Positions 24,117 through 37,885 of a DNA stretch of 64,000 bases are shown here, in pieces. The stretch lies in the NCBI RefSeq assembly GCF_006345805.1, contig NC_043001.1, positions 65,968,001 through 66,032,000 of the forward strand. Reading direction: 5' to 3'. A program made the position numbers and the translations under genes. The stretch comes from Octopus sinensis (lineage: Eukaryota). Below the pieces are notes generated by a model. That model did not search any database. It was not told where the DNA came from and worked only from the letters and a program-made list of their open reading frames with translations. Each line of letters starts with the position of its first letter. The stretch's first letter is position 1.

Positions 24117-26215
24117 GATATGCCAGAAATATATCCCAGAGCACAAGGCCAAAACAAATAGAAGCAAGATTCCAAGGGAGAGGAAGATCCTCATGAGACG
24201 ACGGACGAATTACCTCAACTAACATCCCAAAAGAATCAAAACGTTCCGCCTAAAAACAACACTGATGGAGATCGAAAAAAAGGCTGCAACAATCCTATGT
24301 GAGGGAGAAAGCAGACAAAGAAGCCTGGGTTATAAAAAACATTAGTCAAACCCAAAGGCCTTCTTTCATTACGCGAAAGAAACAGACTCAGTACACTATA
24401 AGATAGGACCTCTCCTCCAAAAGGATGGCTCCCTCACAGAGTGTCCAACTATGATCAGTGAGATGCTGAATGACCAGTTCAAAAGTGTCTTTACCACCCC
24501 GTTGGAACACAGGGAAGTGAACGAACCAGTGGACTTCTTTGCCGCCTAACCTATAACCAGCGAGGCAATGGAATACATTGACATTAGCGAAGAAGATATA
24601 CTACTAGCCATAAATGAAGTGGACACAAACTCAACTGCTGGTCCTCATAGTTTCCCAGCAATCTTCCTCAAATCGTGTAAGCATGCCCTGGCAAAACCCC
24701 TGCAGATTCTCTTCCAGAGCGTTCTTACAAATGGCAAACTGCCAAGCAAGCTGAAGGAGGGAATAATATGCCCAATACGTAAAGGGGGAAGTAGAGCAGA
24801 TGCCAAAAACTATAGGCCTATCTCTCTGACTTCACACATCAGCAAAGTCATGGAACGGATAGTCAGAGAGAAACTAATCGCATTCCTTGAAGAAAATAAC
24901 TTTCGACCAGGTAGGAGCTGCCAGACCCAGCTCTTACAACATTATGACTGGGTGTTGAGGCAGTTACTCAACAAATCAAATGTGAACGTAATATACCTTG
25001 ATTTTGCAAAAGCTTTTGACAAGGTGGATCATGGTATGATATGCCACAAGCGTGACCTTGGCATAGCTGGAAAACTTGGAGAGTGGTTACATGACTTCCT
25101 GAAAGATAGGAGTCAGGCAGTAGTGGCTAATGGAGCCACCTCTATGAACACACAAATAGTGAGCGGTGTTCCACAGAGCACTGTCTTGGGACCACTGCTT
25201 TTTATAGTGGCCCTCTCAGATATGCTCTCAAATGCCCGGATAGCCACTCTGGCAAGCTATGCAGATGATACGAAAGTCTCGCAGAAAATACAGAACCCCA
25301 GCGATGTTGCACACCTGCAGCAGGAGTTAAACTCAATTTACAGATGGGCTGAGGATAATAATATGCAGTTTAATGCTGAAAAATTCCAAGCTCTGTGCTA
25401 CCAGCATCCAAAACTGAATATTAAACTTACAGGGTACACCGGTCTACAGGGAATTTCAATCCTAGAGCCTAAGTCAGTGAGGGACGTGGGTATCGACATA
25501 ACTGATGATACCTCTTTCCAAGTGCACATTACCAGGATGGCGACAAAGTGCAGACGACTGGTTGGATGGATCCTAAGAATATTCAGAACCAGAGGTAAGG
25601 AAACCATGATGGTCTTCTGGCGGACATTCGTCCTCAGCCGCCTGGATTACTGCTCACAGCTATGGTCACCCACCAGTGTGAAATTAACTGCGGACCTTGA
25701 AGCAATCCAGAGAAGATTCTCAAAGAAGATCGTCTCTTTGCAACAGCTCAGCTACTGGGAAAGGTTGAAATAGCTAAGACTCCCTGGAGAGAAGACGGGA
25801 GAGGTATACAGTAATATATATCTGGAAGATCCTGGAAGGAATTGTGTCAAATTTTGGCATTGGAAGCTACACCAATGCCAGAACCGGTGCCAAAGATCCC
25901 AGCAATACCATCACGCTTGAGGACCAGTTACTGCAACAGCCTGGATTTCAAGGGCCCACAGCTTTTTAATATTCTCCCAAAGAGTCTGAGGAACTTGCAC
26001 AAAGCAGATGTAGGGGTTTATAAATCAAAGCTGGACCTCTTCCTGTCGAGAGTCCCAGATGAACCTACCTCACGGCAAGAGGTGCAAATGAGGGTAGCTA
26101 CATCAAACTCCATTTTTCACCAAGTTCTACATATTAGAGGAAGCTCTTAGTAATAACAGTGTAGCAAAACGGCGGTGCATCAGCATGGCCGCAGCTCTGA
26201 GCTGAAACTAGAGAG
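24117..26215 (+). mobile_element. CR1-group LINE, 5'-truncated older copy
   Basis: ORF 24568-25773 contains YRPISLTS, YLDFAKAFDKVDH, GVPQSTVLGP and YADDTK. It is collinear with the 34704-37885 element and shares its 3' terminus. Confidence 0.92.
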
Positions 26216-26219
26216 AAAA

Positions 26220-27390
26220 ATAATAACATAAGAACATGCATAGTGAGGAGTGACTGTATTGAAGGTTTCTCTGATATGGAACCAGATGTGCAGAGAATGG
26301 CATTGAACACTTTGGGGATCCCTTGCTTGTGCCTGAGATCATGGCGCCTCCACATTCCTGAGCCACTGACCCATATTGGCACTGCATATCTTGCCCTAGC
26401 ATGTCTCCTCTATGGTGGAGTGGTGTCTGAGGTACTATGGAAGATTTTAGGTTGTGCAATCGTCGGCGACACAACTGATTCCCGGTCGAGTAGTAGAGCA
26501 TCGCAGCAAGCTTGGAAGCCGCGATCACGAATGGACAGCCCTCCTCCTTCTCTTTCTCCCTGAATCTTGAATGGACAGTCGATTACTGATACACCTTGTC
26601 ATAGTTTTGTCTGTTGTAGTCGATGCAATTAAAAGACTGACATATTTTTTTTCTCTTGAGTATAAAGGTCATATACTCAGCTCTCCCGTTATTGTTCAGC
26701 TGATTTAGTCTGAATGATATGTGGCACTCAAAGGTCGTCTAGATAGACGTCTGACCTGTACGTCTAACTCTCCGTTTAGCATAGATCTTGTAGCAGTTAC
26801 CAGTCATCGTTAATATCTTCCTAGTCATAATGGCCAAGTTGTGCCTTTCTTCAATTGACAAGTCTAGTATTCTAAATGCTGATTCTAGCACTGGCACTGC
26901 AAAAGCATTACGGGATATGGTTTTATTGATGCGGACAGTTCTAACCTCGATACGTTCCCAGGTCTGCTGATGTATTCATTTGCCACTCTAGCTTTACTTG
27001 CAGCATCAATAATGCCAATATTCTGGTCAATTTCAAAGTATTTTTAACATTCTCCACTTGTAGTAAATTAAACAGACATGCTATTAGTATCCATATTCCT
27101 CGTCTGGCCAACAATCTTTCCTTGTTTGACTATCTAATATGAATAATCGCGCTGACCAAACTCCATTTCTATGTTCTGCAAGAATGTTGTGACCGTTTGT
27201 AAATGCCTCTTGGTGTCGTGAATATAACTTGAATACAGCATATGATCATCAACAAAAAAGTATCAATATACTAATTTTCCTGTTTTCATCCGATTATGTC
27301 ATTTGCATTTCCTCGACAGAAATTACAAAAGTTTCACTGCTGCGATGTAGAACAATACGGGCAATCTGCCACCCTGGACTTCCTATTGCA
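26220..27390 (-). mobile_element. Decayed RLE-type LINE (RT core to thumb)
   Basis: LFVDDHMLYS, KYFEI, NKTISRNAFAVPVL...MTRKILTM, TPLH and QWLRN are collinear with the 32927-34430 element. Confidence 0.65.
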
Positions 27391-27522
27391 GTAGCTTAAA
27401 TTCATATTTATATATGTCTACACCACCTGTCTTCGTCTTATGTTTCTTTCGTTTTCTATTTTGTGAATTCTCTTCTGTATATACATACATACATACATAC
27501 ATACATACATACATACATACAT

Positions 27523-27603
<81 letters not shown>

Positions 27604-27663
27604 TATGCGCAAATAAATGTGCATATCTATCTATCTGTCTATCTATCTATCTATCTATCTATC

Positions 27664-27749
<86 letters not shown>

Positions 27750-29249
27750 CATATATATACATACATACACACACATATTATTCTGAGTAGTAATGAAAGG
27801 GCTACTCTGAGTTTCTCGTTTCCACTTATCAACCTCAATAAACGGAACGTGGTAGGCCGAAGACCGACAAAAGAAGCCCCATTTTCAATACATATAAAAT
27901 CTGCTTTATATATTGGGTGCTGTTTTATGATTTATCGTTTTGAAATTCAAATGACTGTACATGTCTGTACTTGAATATATATATATATTATATATATATA
28001 TATATATATAATATATATATATATATACATAATATACGAAAACATAAGTACACACATATTATATATATATAATATATATATATATATGTGTGTGTGTGTA
28101 TGTGTGTGTGTATGTGTGTGTGTGTGTGTGTGTACTTAAGTTTTCGTATATATAAATATACACACATAAGACCCAGCAGGGTTACTGTTCAGTATTCGGA
28201 GCGAGACAAAAGATAGATACATACGTACGTGCATACATGTGTGTATGTTGCGTGTCTGTATCATATATTCTGCTCACTAACAACTCCCGTGAAAACGCTT
28301 AAAGGCCGTACACGCTCTTCTGTTTCGTGTTTGTCAAGGATTCCTATATTATCGTAGTTAGAGTTACAGTGATGGAGATGGGGTAAACCTGATACCACTT
28401 ACATAACCAGCCCTTCGCACTAGATTGAGTATAGTCAAATTCCAGAAGATCGCTTTTAGGGAGGCAAAGTAATATGGCCTTGTCTTTGTAGTTTGCAGAT
28501 TAGTTTGCATGTTAGATCATATGACGCCAACATGCATGCGTTCATGCGTGAAACTTATTTCTTTTCTCACAAAATTTTTTTGGCCTAATTTTTATCATGC
28601 AGTATATTTTTGTCTATTTTATTTAGTCTCTAAAGTATAGACTGCAAAGGTAGTTCAGAATTTCCACGAGGAATAAGGATTAACCTAGATAAAAGTTAAG
28701 AGAAATATTACTACTGTATCCTGCCTTCTTCCTGACAATCTTGCATGTCACCAATGTGTATGTGTGTCTGTGTGTGCGTGCGTGCGTGAGTGTGTGTGTG
28801 CTTCTTTTTGTGTTGTCATGTGTCGTGTGATGTAACATGTCTGTGAGCATGATTATGTGTGTTAGTGTGCACAAGTGTGTGGCTTGTTAAAAAGTCTAGA
28901 GAAAGTGTTAAACTATTATTTCTGATAATAATACAGGTTAATCCATGATGCAATATTAGTTAATCGTAACAAGCCAGATAGTAGATAGGCTGCGACAGTA
29001 GCTACTTAACTACTTCTTGTATGTTAACACTCTCTATCACTTCGTTTGAAGGATTTTACCTCAGTCTTAGATATTTTGCGGACAACATTTATAGCCAAGG
29101 TCATCAGAACCTGTCACTTCAATATGGAGATCCTACAGTGAAAACTAATGGCCAGAATAAACTGTTACTCCATAAAAATTATAAATATATCTGATGAATG
29201 TGTGAACGAAAGACTTTCTACGAGTAAAATAAGCTAAAGATGGACTACA

Positions 29250-29632
29250 GCAAATCTTCTGCTCAGTACCACAGATTTGCTTGTCAGTTGCTTGACTTTA
29301 ACCAGTTAGTGGCTGATGATTGGTGCATCTCTGATCAAGAGCAGAAGTAGTGGCGGGGTGCATCGTAGGCATGTGTTGAAAGGAATTCTCTGGTATTTGA
29401 ATAAATCACCTCTGGAAGCCTGGACTACTCGACCTGAAGAAAATTCTAACTGGGCCCCTCATGCAAGGTCATGTGCCGTTTATATTGATGTCAGATCCTC
29501 ATATCACGCACATATGCTTGTGATGCATGTGTCTGACGTACCCTTGTACGGGTTGTCATGATGGGTATATTGGGCTTCATATATTTTATTCCAGTGTCAA
29601 TTTGATGGAATGCACTGCTCTCTGACTCAATA
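29250..29632 (+). mobile_element. Repeat 3' region sharing its terminus with 404-448 (probable RLE-LINE 3' UTR)
   Basis: Shared ~42-bp end followed by a TAA/TGA tract. Confidence 0.45.
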
Positions 29633-29667
<35 letters not shown>

Positions 29668-29676
29668 AATAATTAA

Positions 29677-31559
29677 TTCTTTTTATTGGCCACAAGGGCT
29701 GACATGCATGATTTGAAACATGAAGGGACAAGACAGGATGAAAGGTTACAAAGGGTTTTGTCCGTTTTTGAAAAACATCGAGTAAAAATCTTTATAACAA
29801 TTAAAAAATTTAACAATGAAAAACTCCCAAAAGGGGGAGGCGTTACGAAAGGTTCCTGGTGGAAAAAACCCTACAAAAGCCAACGGGAGCCTGGTCAAAA
29901 AAGGGGTGTAGAGAGTCCCTTTTTTTCTCCTTTTGTATTACTTTCTTGAAATCACAGGCGAAACCTGAGAACTGGTCCATTTATACTGGCCAGTCTCGCA
30001 CAATTCACCCACCTTTCATAAAACTTGCTATCGGACAGCACTTTCCTCTCTAACCTCATCTTCCTTTTCAAGTGAAACTTGAAAAAGTTGATGAGGCCTT
30101 GACCAAAGAGGAAAGTGTCTGACTTTAGCCCTTTCAAACGAGTCCACCACACAACTTCTTTGGCCACAGCCACTAGACACAAGAAAACGACCTCGCCCTA
30201 CTTGTTAAAGGAGGTCGGCGGGACAATCTTCACTATGGACTCGGCCGATAGTCGGATCCGTCCTACACGTGACAGTAGCTGTTCAACATAAACCCATATT
30301 TCAGCAATACTCGGGCACTGGACGAGTGCGTGCAGAACGGTTTCGTCGTCCTGGCAACACCTCGGGCAGGCCCGGCTGACGGCACTTCCGTGCCGGTAGA
30401 GTTTATCTCGAACAGGCAGAGCCCCTCGGTAGCACTGCCAGGCGAGCGACCTCTGGAAATTATCCATCGGCCCCGGCCCGAAAGTCCTCCCGAACAGATC
30501 GCTCAGTTCGTCATCTTCAACTCCTAGAGTTTCCCCGAGAACGTCGTCGCATTTTTCCTCCACTAACCCTCTATAGAACGCTAGAGTGGAGCTGTAACCG
30601 ATCGCATTGCCCGCCTGGCGGAGGGCGGAGAGAGCTTGACGGCACTCGAGGTGCCAAGCGCCCTTTCTCGGTCTACGTTTGATCCAGGTCTGCAGCTCCG
30701 TCAAAGAGACGAGCTGCGGAAGATCGAGTCTGACAAAAGACGACCACACCTGTTCACCGTCTAGGAAGCGCTTGAGATGCCGCAGCCTGAGCGCATGTCT
30801 GCGCAACAGCAACCACGGCATTCCAAGGCCTCCGTTCAGCGGTCGTTGACAGCAGATGGATCGCCTGACCAGTGGCACCTGACCCTTCCACAAAAAGTCG
30901 AAGAGCAGACATACCAGCTTGGCCAACCAGCGGTCGGGACAAGGGACGACGGTCAAGCGGTAATAGATGACGGATGCGATGTACGCATTCGCCACCTCCG
31001 CTCGACCTTTCAGGAACAGCTTCCTCTCGGCCCATTTCTGGGGGTGAGACGTGCCACCCTGCTCGTCATCTCTTTCCAGTTTTTATCCACCTGGAGGTCC
31101 GGACCGAACCAGACCCCGAGCAGTTTAACGGGTCCGTCTGTCCAGCGCCCTACGACGCTGTTGGACGGCATGGGCCCAGGTGCCTAGTTGCAAGCCCACA
31201 TACTTTTCCGCGTTAATCTTTGCCCCTGTCACCGCTTCGTACAGGTTTAGTGTCTCGCCAATCAGGCCAATGTGCCTGTGGATCGACACCACCACGGTGA
31301 CGTCATCGGCATAGGCAGACACGCTGCTTCCGCCTCCTAGATCGCGCGGGATACCCCTCAAAGCCTCCAACTTGCGCAGTAATGGCTCGAGAGTCAAAAT
31401 GTACAAGAGGGAGGAGAGAGGGCATCCTTGGCGGACCGAACGCGAGATGTCGAACGGTTCCGAAAGGTGACCGTTCACCCGTATCACCGAGCAGATGTTG
31501 CTGTATAAAGCAGCTATCCACCCGCGGAAGACTGGACCGAAGCCGGCTGCCTTGAGGAC
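29677..31559 (-). mobile_element. Tx1/L1-clade LINE, 5'-truncated (copy 2)
   Basis: VRQGCPLS, SAYADDVTV, CPRCCQDDETVLHALVQC zinc finger, 3' UTR and conserved terminus. The 5' break abuts (TAA)n. Confidence 0.92.
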
Positions 31560-31620
<61 letters not shown>

Positions 31621-31623
<3 letters not shown>

Positions 31624-32250
31624 GTACAAACGAATACGAAAATCGCCACGATAGGTTACGACGGAAAATATGCAAACACTACAAATTCAGCATTCCTGCT
31701 TACTGGTATGAACATCGTCCTGAGTCAGTCATTGAAGGTAAAAATATCACTATCCTCTGCGATTTTTCGATCAACACTAACAGAACGATCCATGCTAATC
31801 GATCAGACATAATTATTAAAGACAGGGAAGAAAATACTAATAGATGTAAGTGTCCCCACTGATAAAAATGTATCTGTAAAGGAACTTGACAAATTAAGTA
31901 AATATAAGGACCTGAAAACTGAAATACAAAAGCATCTTAAAGAGAGAACTGTCCCTGTTATTGTAGGTGCTCTATGTACATTAAAAATGGAGGTCAGAAA
32001 CATCTAGATAAGATCCCAGGAAAACCATGACTCAGAGAAATCCAAAAGATTGTGCTGTTAAGTACTGCCTACATCCTGTAAAAAAAACCTTATCCATTTA
32101 AATGTCTGTGTTGTATTACATGTAGATATTTCGCTACTGCCCCTGCAACTTCCGCTCCCCAAGTTTGCAGTCATACTGTATCATCTCTCATCCTTCACGC
32201 TGGGAGTGTCTCGGCAAGTGATTGTAACAAACATACAGATTAAAAGCAAT
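31621..32250 (+). mobile_element. RLE-LINE 3' part (second family): PD-(D/E)xK-type endonuclease and 3' UTR
   Basis: EYENRHD...WYEHRPE...ILCDF...NRSDIII...IDVSVP...KLSKYKDL...PVIVGAL. Flanked by (TAA)n. Confidence 0.75.
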
Positions 32251-32261
32251 AATAATAATAA

Positions 32262-32262
<1 letters not shown>

Positions 32263-32292
<30 letters not shown>

Positions 32293-32385
32293 AAGAAGAA
32301 GAAGAAGAAGAAGAAGAAGAAGAAGAAGAAGAAGAAGAAGAAGAAGAAGAAGAAGAAGAAGAAGAAGAAGAAGAAAGAGAAGAAG
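32263..32385. repeat. (GAA)n microsatellite
   Basis: Directly visible. Confidence 0.95.
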
Positions 32386-32388
32386 AAT

Positions 32389-32857
32389 AAGCAACCATAC
32401 TCTGGGATATGCCGATACACACAGATAGAGAAATTAAGGCCAACAGACCAGATATAGTTGTCAGAGATCATGAAGAAAAAAAATGCTTTCTAATTGATGT
32501 ATCAATACCGGCAGATGACAACGTGCCTCTAAAAAAATGGAGAAACTTTCAAAATACAAAGACCTGGAAATAGAGGTAACCAGAATGTGGAATCTAAAAA
32601 CAGAAACAATTCCTATCATAGTAGGTGCATTAGGCATGATAAAAAATATTCAGACAAATACATAACAAAAACACCAGGACTTACAAACATATAACATACA
32701 GAAAATTGCACTACTAGGCACTGCACACATCCTACGCAGAATACTTTCCATACAATAACCATCAGATCATCACAACAAATCACAGCACATACCTAAGGCA
32801 CACAGAGCTGCGCTCGGTAGTGAAGTGAAAGCACGCTATAAAAATAAAACTACTGAA
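32389..32857 (+). mobile_element. Dong/R4-like LINE, short 5'-truncated copy
   Basis: Nearly identical to 33959-34430; followed by (TAA)n. Confidence 0.9.
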
Positions 32858-32926
32858 CAATAATAATAATAATAATAATAATAAATAATAATAATAATAA
32901 TATAATAATAATAATAATAATAATAA

Positions 32927-34425
32927 CATCACACTAGATAAAACCAATGAAATAAAAGAATTAGACCAAAGCCAAACTTACAAATACTTAGGAATCCATG
33001 AACTAGATAAGACACAACACACACAAATGAAAGAGAAAATAAAAAAAAGAATATTATAGACGAGTTAGATCAATACTAAAAACAGAGCTCAATGCTAAAA
33101 ACAAGATAATAGGTATCAACACTTTAGCTGTCCCAGTTATAAGTTACAGCTACAATATCCTTAACTGGACACGAAATGAACTGTCCAAAATAGATAGGAA
33201 AACAAGAAAAATACTGACAGGATCTAGGATGCATCACCCAAAATCTGACATAGAAAGACTATATATACAACGTATAGAAGGTGGTAGAGGCCTTATACAG
33301 CTGGAAAACTACTATAAAATAACCACCATAGGACTGCAAAAATACCTACTTCAGAAGGTAGGAAAACTGATCCAGATAGCAGCAAAACACGAGCAAAACA
33401 AAAAACTGTTCTCAGTATTTAAGGAAGCTGACAAATACAAACAAGAAATCATACCACCTAATAAACACGAAGAAGAAGAAGAAGATGATGAAGAAACAAA
33501 AAAAGCTATAAAACAAATGAAATCCAAACTAAAAATAGAATAGCAACGAACCATGATAAAACGATGGCAAGAAAAGCCCCTTCATGGTAAATACTGCACT
33601 AAACTAAACGCAAAAGAAATAGACAAAGAAAAATCCCAGCAATGGTTGAGAAGCTCAGGATTCAAAGCAGAGACAGGGGGATTTTTAATTGCAGCACAAG
33701 ACCAAAGCCTCCCCACCAGAAATTACCAAAAACATCTAATGAAAAGAAATATTACAATTAACTGCAGAATATGTGGAGATGGACAAGAAACAATAAATCA
33801 TATTATCTCTAGCTGCCCAGTCCTGGCTAAGAAGGAATATATTCACAGACATGACAGAGTTGGAACCTACATACATTGGAAGCTATGCCAACATTATGGA
33901 ATAACAACAGAAAAAAGATGGTATAGGCACACACCAGAAAAGGTCACAGAAAACGAGAAAGCAACCATACTCTGGGATATGCCGATACACACAGATAGAG
34001 AAATTAAGGCCAACAGACCAGATATAGTTGTCAGAGATCATGAAGGAAAAAAATGCTTTCTAATTGATGTATCAATACCGGCAGATGACAACGTGTCTCT
34101 AAAAGAAATGGAGAAACTCTCAAAATACAAAGACCTGGAAATAGAGGTAACTAGAATGTGGAATCTGAAAACAGAAACAATTCCTATCATAGTAGGTGCA
34201 TTAGGCATGATAAAAAATATTCAGACAAATACATAACAAAAACACCAGGACTTACAAACACATATAACATACAGAAAATTGCACTACTAGGCACTGCACA
34301 CATCCTACGCAGAACACTTTCCATACAATAACCATCAGAGCATCACAACAAATCACAGCACATACCCAAGGCACACAGAGCTGCGCTCGGTAGTGAAGTG
34401 AAAGCACGCTATAAAAATAAAACTA

Positions 34426-34430
<5 letters not shown>
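32927..34430 (+). mobile_element. Dong/R4-like RLE LINE, 5'-truncated (RT end, CCHC finger, RLE)
   Basis: YKYLG, HPKSDIERLY..R.EGGRGL, CRICGDGQETINHIISSC, RHD, RPDIVV..LIDVSIP..KYKDL. One stop and small frameshifts. Confidence 0.92.
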
Positions 34431-34456
<26 letters not shown>

Positions 34457-34519
34457 CCTAATAATAATAATATAATAATACCTAATAATAATAATAATAA
34501 TAATAATAGTAATAATAAT

Positions 34520-34581
34520 ACCTAAGGCACACAGAGCTGCGCTCGGTAGTGAAGTGAAAGCACGCTATAAAAATAAAACTA

Positions 34582-34586
<5 letters not shown>
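34520..34586 (+). mobile_element. 67-bp 3' tip of the same Dong-like LINE inside (TAA)n
   Basis: Identical to the 3' end of 32389-32857. Confidence 0.88.
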
Positions 34587-34661
<75 letters not shown>

Positions 34662-34673
34662 TGATGATGATGT

Positions 34674-34708
<35 letters not shown>

Positions 34709-34796
34709 GATTGATTGATTGATTGATTCTAGTTTCAGCTTATGAGCTGTGGCCATGCTGGGGCACCGCCATTTGGTGTTGCTACTTGGTTTCACT

Positions 34797-37700
34797 TCAT
34801 GGAGGCTTTCTAGCAACTGCTATTTGGTGCATGAGAGAGTTCGATGCAGCTGCCCTCATCTGCCCCTCCTGCCGTGAAGTTGGTTCATCTGGGACACTTG
34901 ACAGGAAGAGATCTAGCTTCATTTTAAAGACATCTGTATCCACCCCATGCAGGTCTCTCAGGTTCTTCGGGAGGATATTGAAGAGCTGTGGGCCTCGGAA
35001 GCCCAGGCTATCACAGAATCTTGTCCTACATCTTGATGGCAAGTTTGGAGTCCTAGGCACCACGCAGTGGCGCCCAGTTCTGGCATTTGCGTAACTCTCG
35101 ATGCCAAAGTTCAGGACACTTCCCTCCAGGATCTTCCAGATGTATATTATGGCATATCTTTCCCGCCTACGCCCCAGGGAATATAATTTTAATCTCTTGA
35201 GTCTTTCCCAGTAGCTTACATTCTGCATAGAGGCTATCTTCTTCGTGTAGCTTCGTTGGATCGCCTCAAGTTCTGTGATCAACTTGACACTGGATGGTGA
35301 CCATAGCTGAGAGCAATAGTCAAAGTGGCTTAGGACAAGTGTCTTCCAGAGGACCATCATGGTTTCTTGTCCTCTTGTTCTAAAGGTTCTAAGAATCCAT
35401 CCAGCCAGCCGTCTGCATTTCATTGTCAGTTTAGCAACATGTACATGAAAGGTCGCGTCATCACTCATGTGAATACCCAGGTCACGCACTGATTGTGCCT
35501 CTGGGATTGCAATCCCTCGGGTCCAGTGTATTCATTGGGTATTGCATTCAGTTTTGCATGCTGATAGTATAAAGCTTGAAACTTTTCAGCATTGAACTGC
35601 ATGCTATTCTTTTCAGCCCACTTGTATATTTCGTCCAGCTCATATTGCAGGTGCATAGTGTCTTCAGGGTTCTGTATTGCCTGTGAAACTTTTGTATCAT
35701 CTGCATAACTTGTGATCGTAGCTCTCCGCGTGGCTGAGGGCATGTCTGAGAGGGCCATTATGAACAGTAGTGGTCCCAAAACAGTGCCCTGTGGAACACC
35801 GCTCACTATTTGCGTGCTAATGGAAGTGGCCTGACTTCTATTCTTCAGAAAGTCGTGAAGCCATTCTCCTAGTTTTCCAACTATGCCAAGATCACGCAGT
35901 TTGTGACATATCATTCCATGATCGACTTTATCGAAGGCCTTTGCGAAGTCGAGATATATGACTTCCACATTTGAGTGGTTGAGCAGTTGTTTCAGCACCC
36001 AGTCATAGTGCTGCAGGAGCTGAGTTAAGCAGCTTCTTCCTGGTCGGAAACCATGTTGGGTGTCAGGCAGCAAGTCATTTTCTTCAAGGAAGGTGATTAG
36101 TTTCCTTCTGACTATTCGTTCCATGACCTTGCTGATGTGTGAGGTCAGAGAGATAGGTCTATAGTTCTTGGCTTCCGCTCTGCTACCTCCTTTATGAATA
36201 GGGCATATTTTACCTTCCTTCAGTTTTCTTGGAAGTTTGCCAGCTGCAAGGAAGCTCTGAAAGAGGAACTGCAGTGGTCTTGCTAGGACTCTCTTACATG
36301 CTTTTAGGAGGATTGCCGGGAATCCATCGGGGCCAGTAGCTGAGTCTGTTTTCATTTCATCTATAGCCTTGATTACATCGTCTTCCTTTATATCGATGTA
36401 ATCTATCGTCGCCGCCTCTGATTTTATATCTGCAGTGGTAAAAAAGTCAGTTGGATTGGTGATTTGGAGATGCCCAAGGGGTGGAGTGAAAACACTCTTG
36501 AATTGCTCATTCAGTATTTCACTTACCCTCATTGGTTTTCCTGTAAGTGTGCCATCCTTTTCGAGGAGTGGCCCTATTCTACAGTGCACCGTAGCTGTTT
36601 CTTTGGCATACCTGTAGAAAGCTCTGGGGTTAGATTTTATGTTGTCTATAGCCCAGGCTTCTTTGTCTGCTCTTTCCTTTTCATGGGAGAGTTTCAGACA
36701 TTTTTCGATTTCCAACAGTTTTATTTTTAGGCGGAACTTTTCACTGCTTTCAATCTGTTTGTTTAGGCGATTTGAAAATTTTGTACGCCGTCTCATTAGA
36801 ATTTTCCTCTCTCTGGGGATTTTGTTCTTGTGTACAGTGGCCTTTCTCTCTGGGACATATTTGTAGCATATGGCTTGCATTACAGACATGAATTGTTGAA
36901 GTTTCACGTCGATGTCTGGCGAGGAGAGACATTTAGGCCAGTTTTGTTTGAGGATCTCTTTCTCAATTTGTTTCCAGTTTGCCTTATGGTAGTTCAAGCT
37001 GGAAAGATTCTGGGGGTTTCTTGTAGGCTGCATGTCCGTGCTCTCTTTTGGCCCGTACATGGTCAGCTCTATCATGTTGTGATCCGAGAGTAGTGTCGGT
37101 GTCACTTTCACATTATGAATGAGATCCATGTCATTTGTGAAGCAGAGATCCAGTGTGTTACCTGCCCTGGTTGGTTGGAGTATTACCTGCTCCATGTACA
37201 GGGTGTTGATGAGGTTCAGGAGGGACCTCGCCTGTCCTCGTTCACATCTTGTCATTCCTGGAAGAGAAAGGCCCTCGGGCCATCTGACATTTGGCAGAAT
37301 GAAGTCTCCCATAAGAAGTACACTTATGTGTTGTTCTAATGTGGTTAGAACTTCTTCTATTTTTATAAGGCAGTCTTCAAACTTGCCCACATGGCTTGGG
37401 GCATCTGGAGGGCGATATGTAGCACACACAACTACATCAAGTTGCCTAATATGTACAATTAGTGTGTCACACACCGAGTTTGAGTATGACAATAGGACCT
37501 GGGGTGTGAGGTCCTCACGGATGTACATAGCAACACCTCCATGACTCCTTTCTTTCCTGTCGGTCCGTAGTACAGCATACTGTGGTATGTGTAACTCCGC
37601 ATCTGCTATATCCGGTTTCAGGTGCGTTTCCATTAGTGCTATGCATAAGGCTTGATTGCATGCAACAAAATCTCTCAGGAACGGGATTTTTGTCCTGTTA

Positions 37701-37885
37701 CTGAGTGTTTGCAGTCCTCTGATGTTCAGTAGGAGCATCGAGGTGAGGTGTACGTTGTTGCCGGTGGTGTCCATCCTGGGTCTGTTTGCTGTGGTGGTGG
37801 TCTGGTATATAGTGGGTAGTCCCACCTGCGGGCTTGGGTTTGATGAAGCCAGGTCAGCTGCTGTACAATCTTTTGTGCCATGCAC
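34797..37885 (-). pseudogene. ORF2: AP endonuclease plus reverse transcriptase, frameshifted near 35500
   Basis: LNIRGL, ETHL, RTDR..HGGVA, YRPP, GDF, NTLDL, SDHN, then YRPISLTS, GVPQGTVLGP, YADD. Continues in ORF 34797-35489. Six-residue in-frame loss relative to the 24568 copy. Confidence 0.92.

Noticed and set aside
29190-29225. CTGATGA...GAAAG hammerhead-like string
   Set aside because: No credible stem I or stem II.
30330-31216. Plus-strand ORFs over the Tx1 and CR1 elements (also 36435-37544, 58247-59339, 60900-61436)
   Set aside because: Antisense shadow frames of GC-richer LINE coding sequence.
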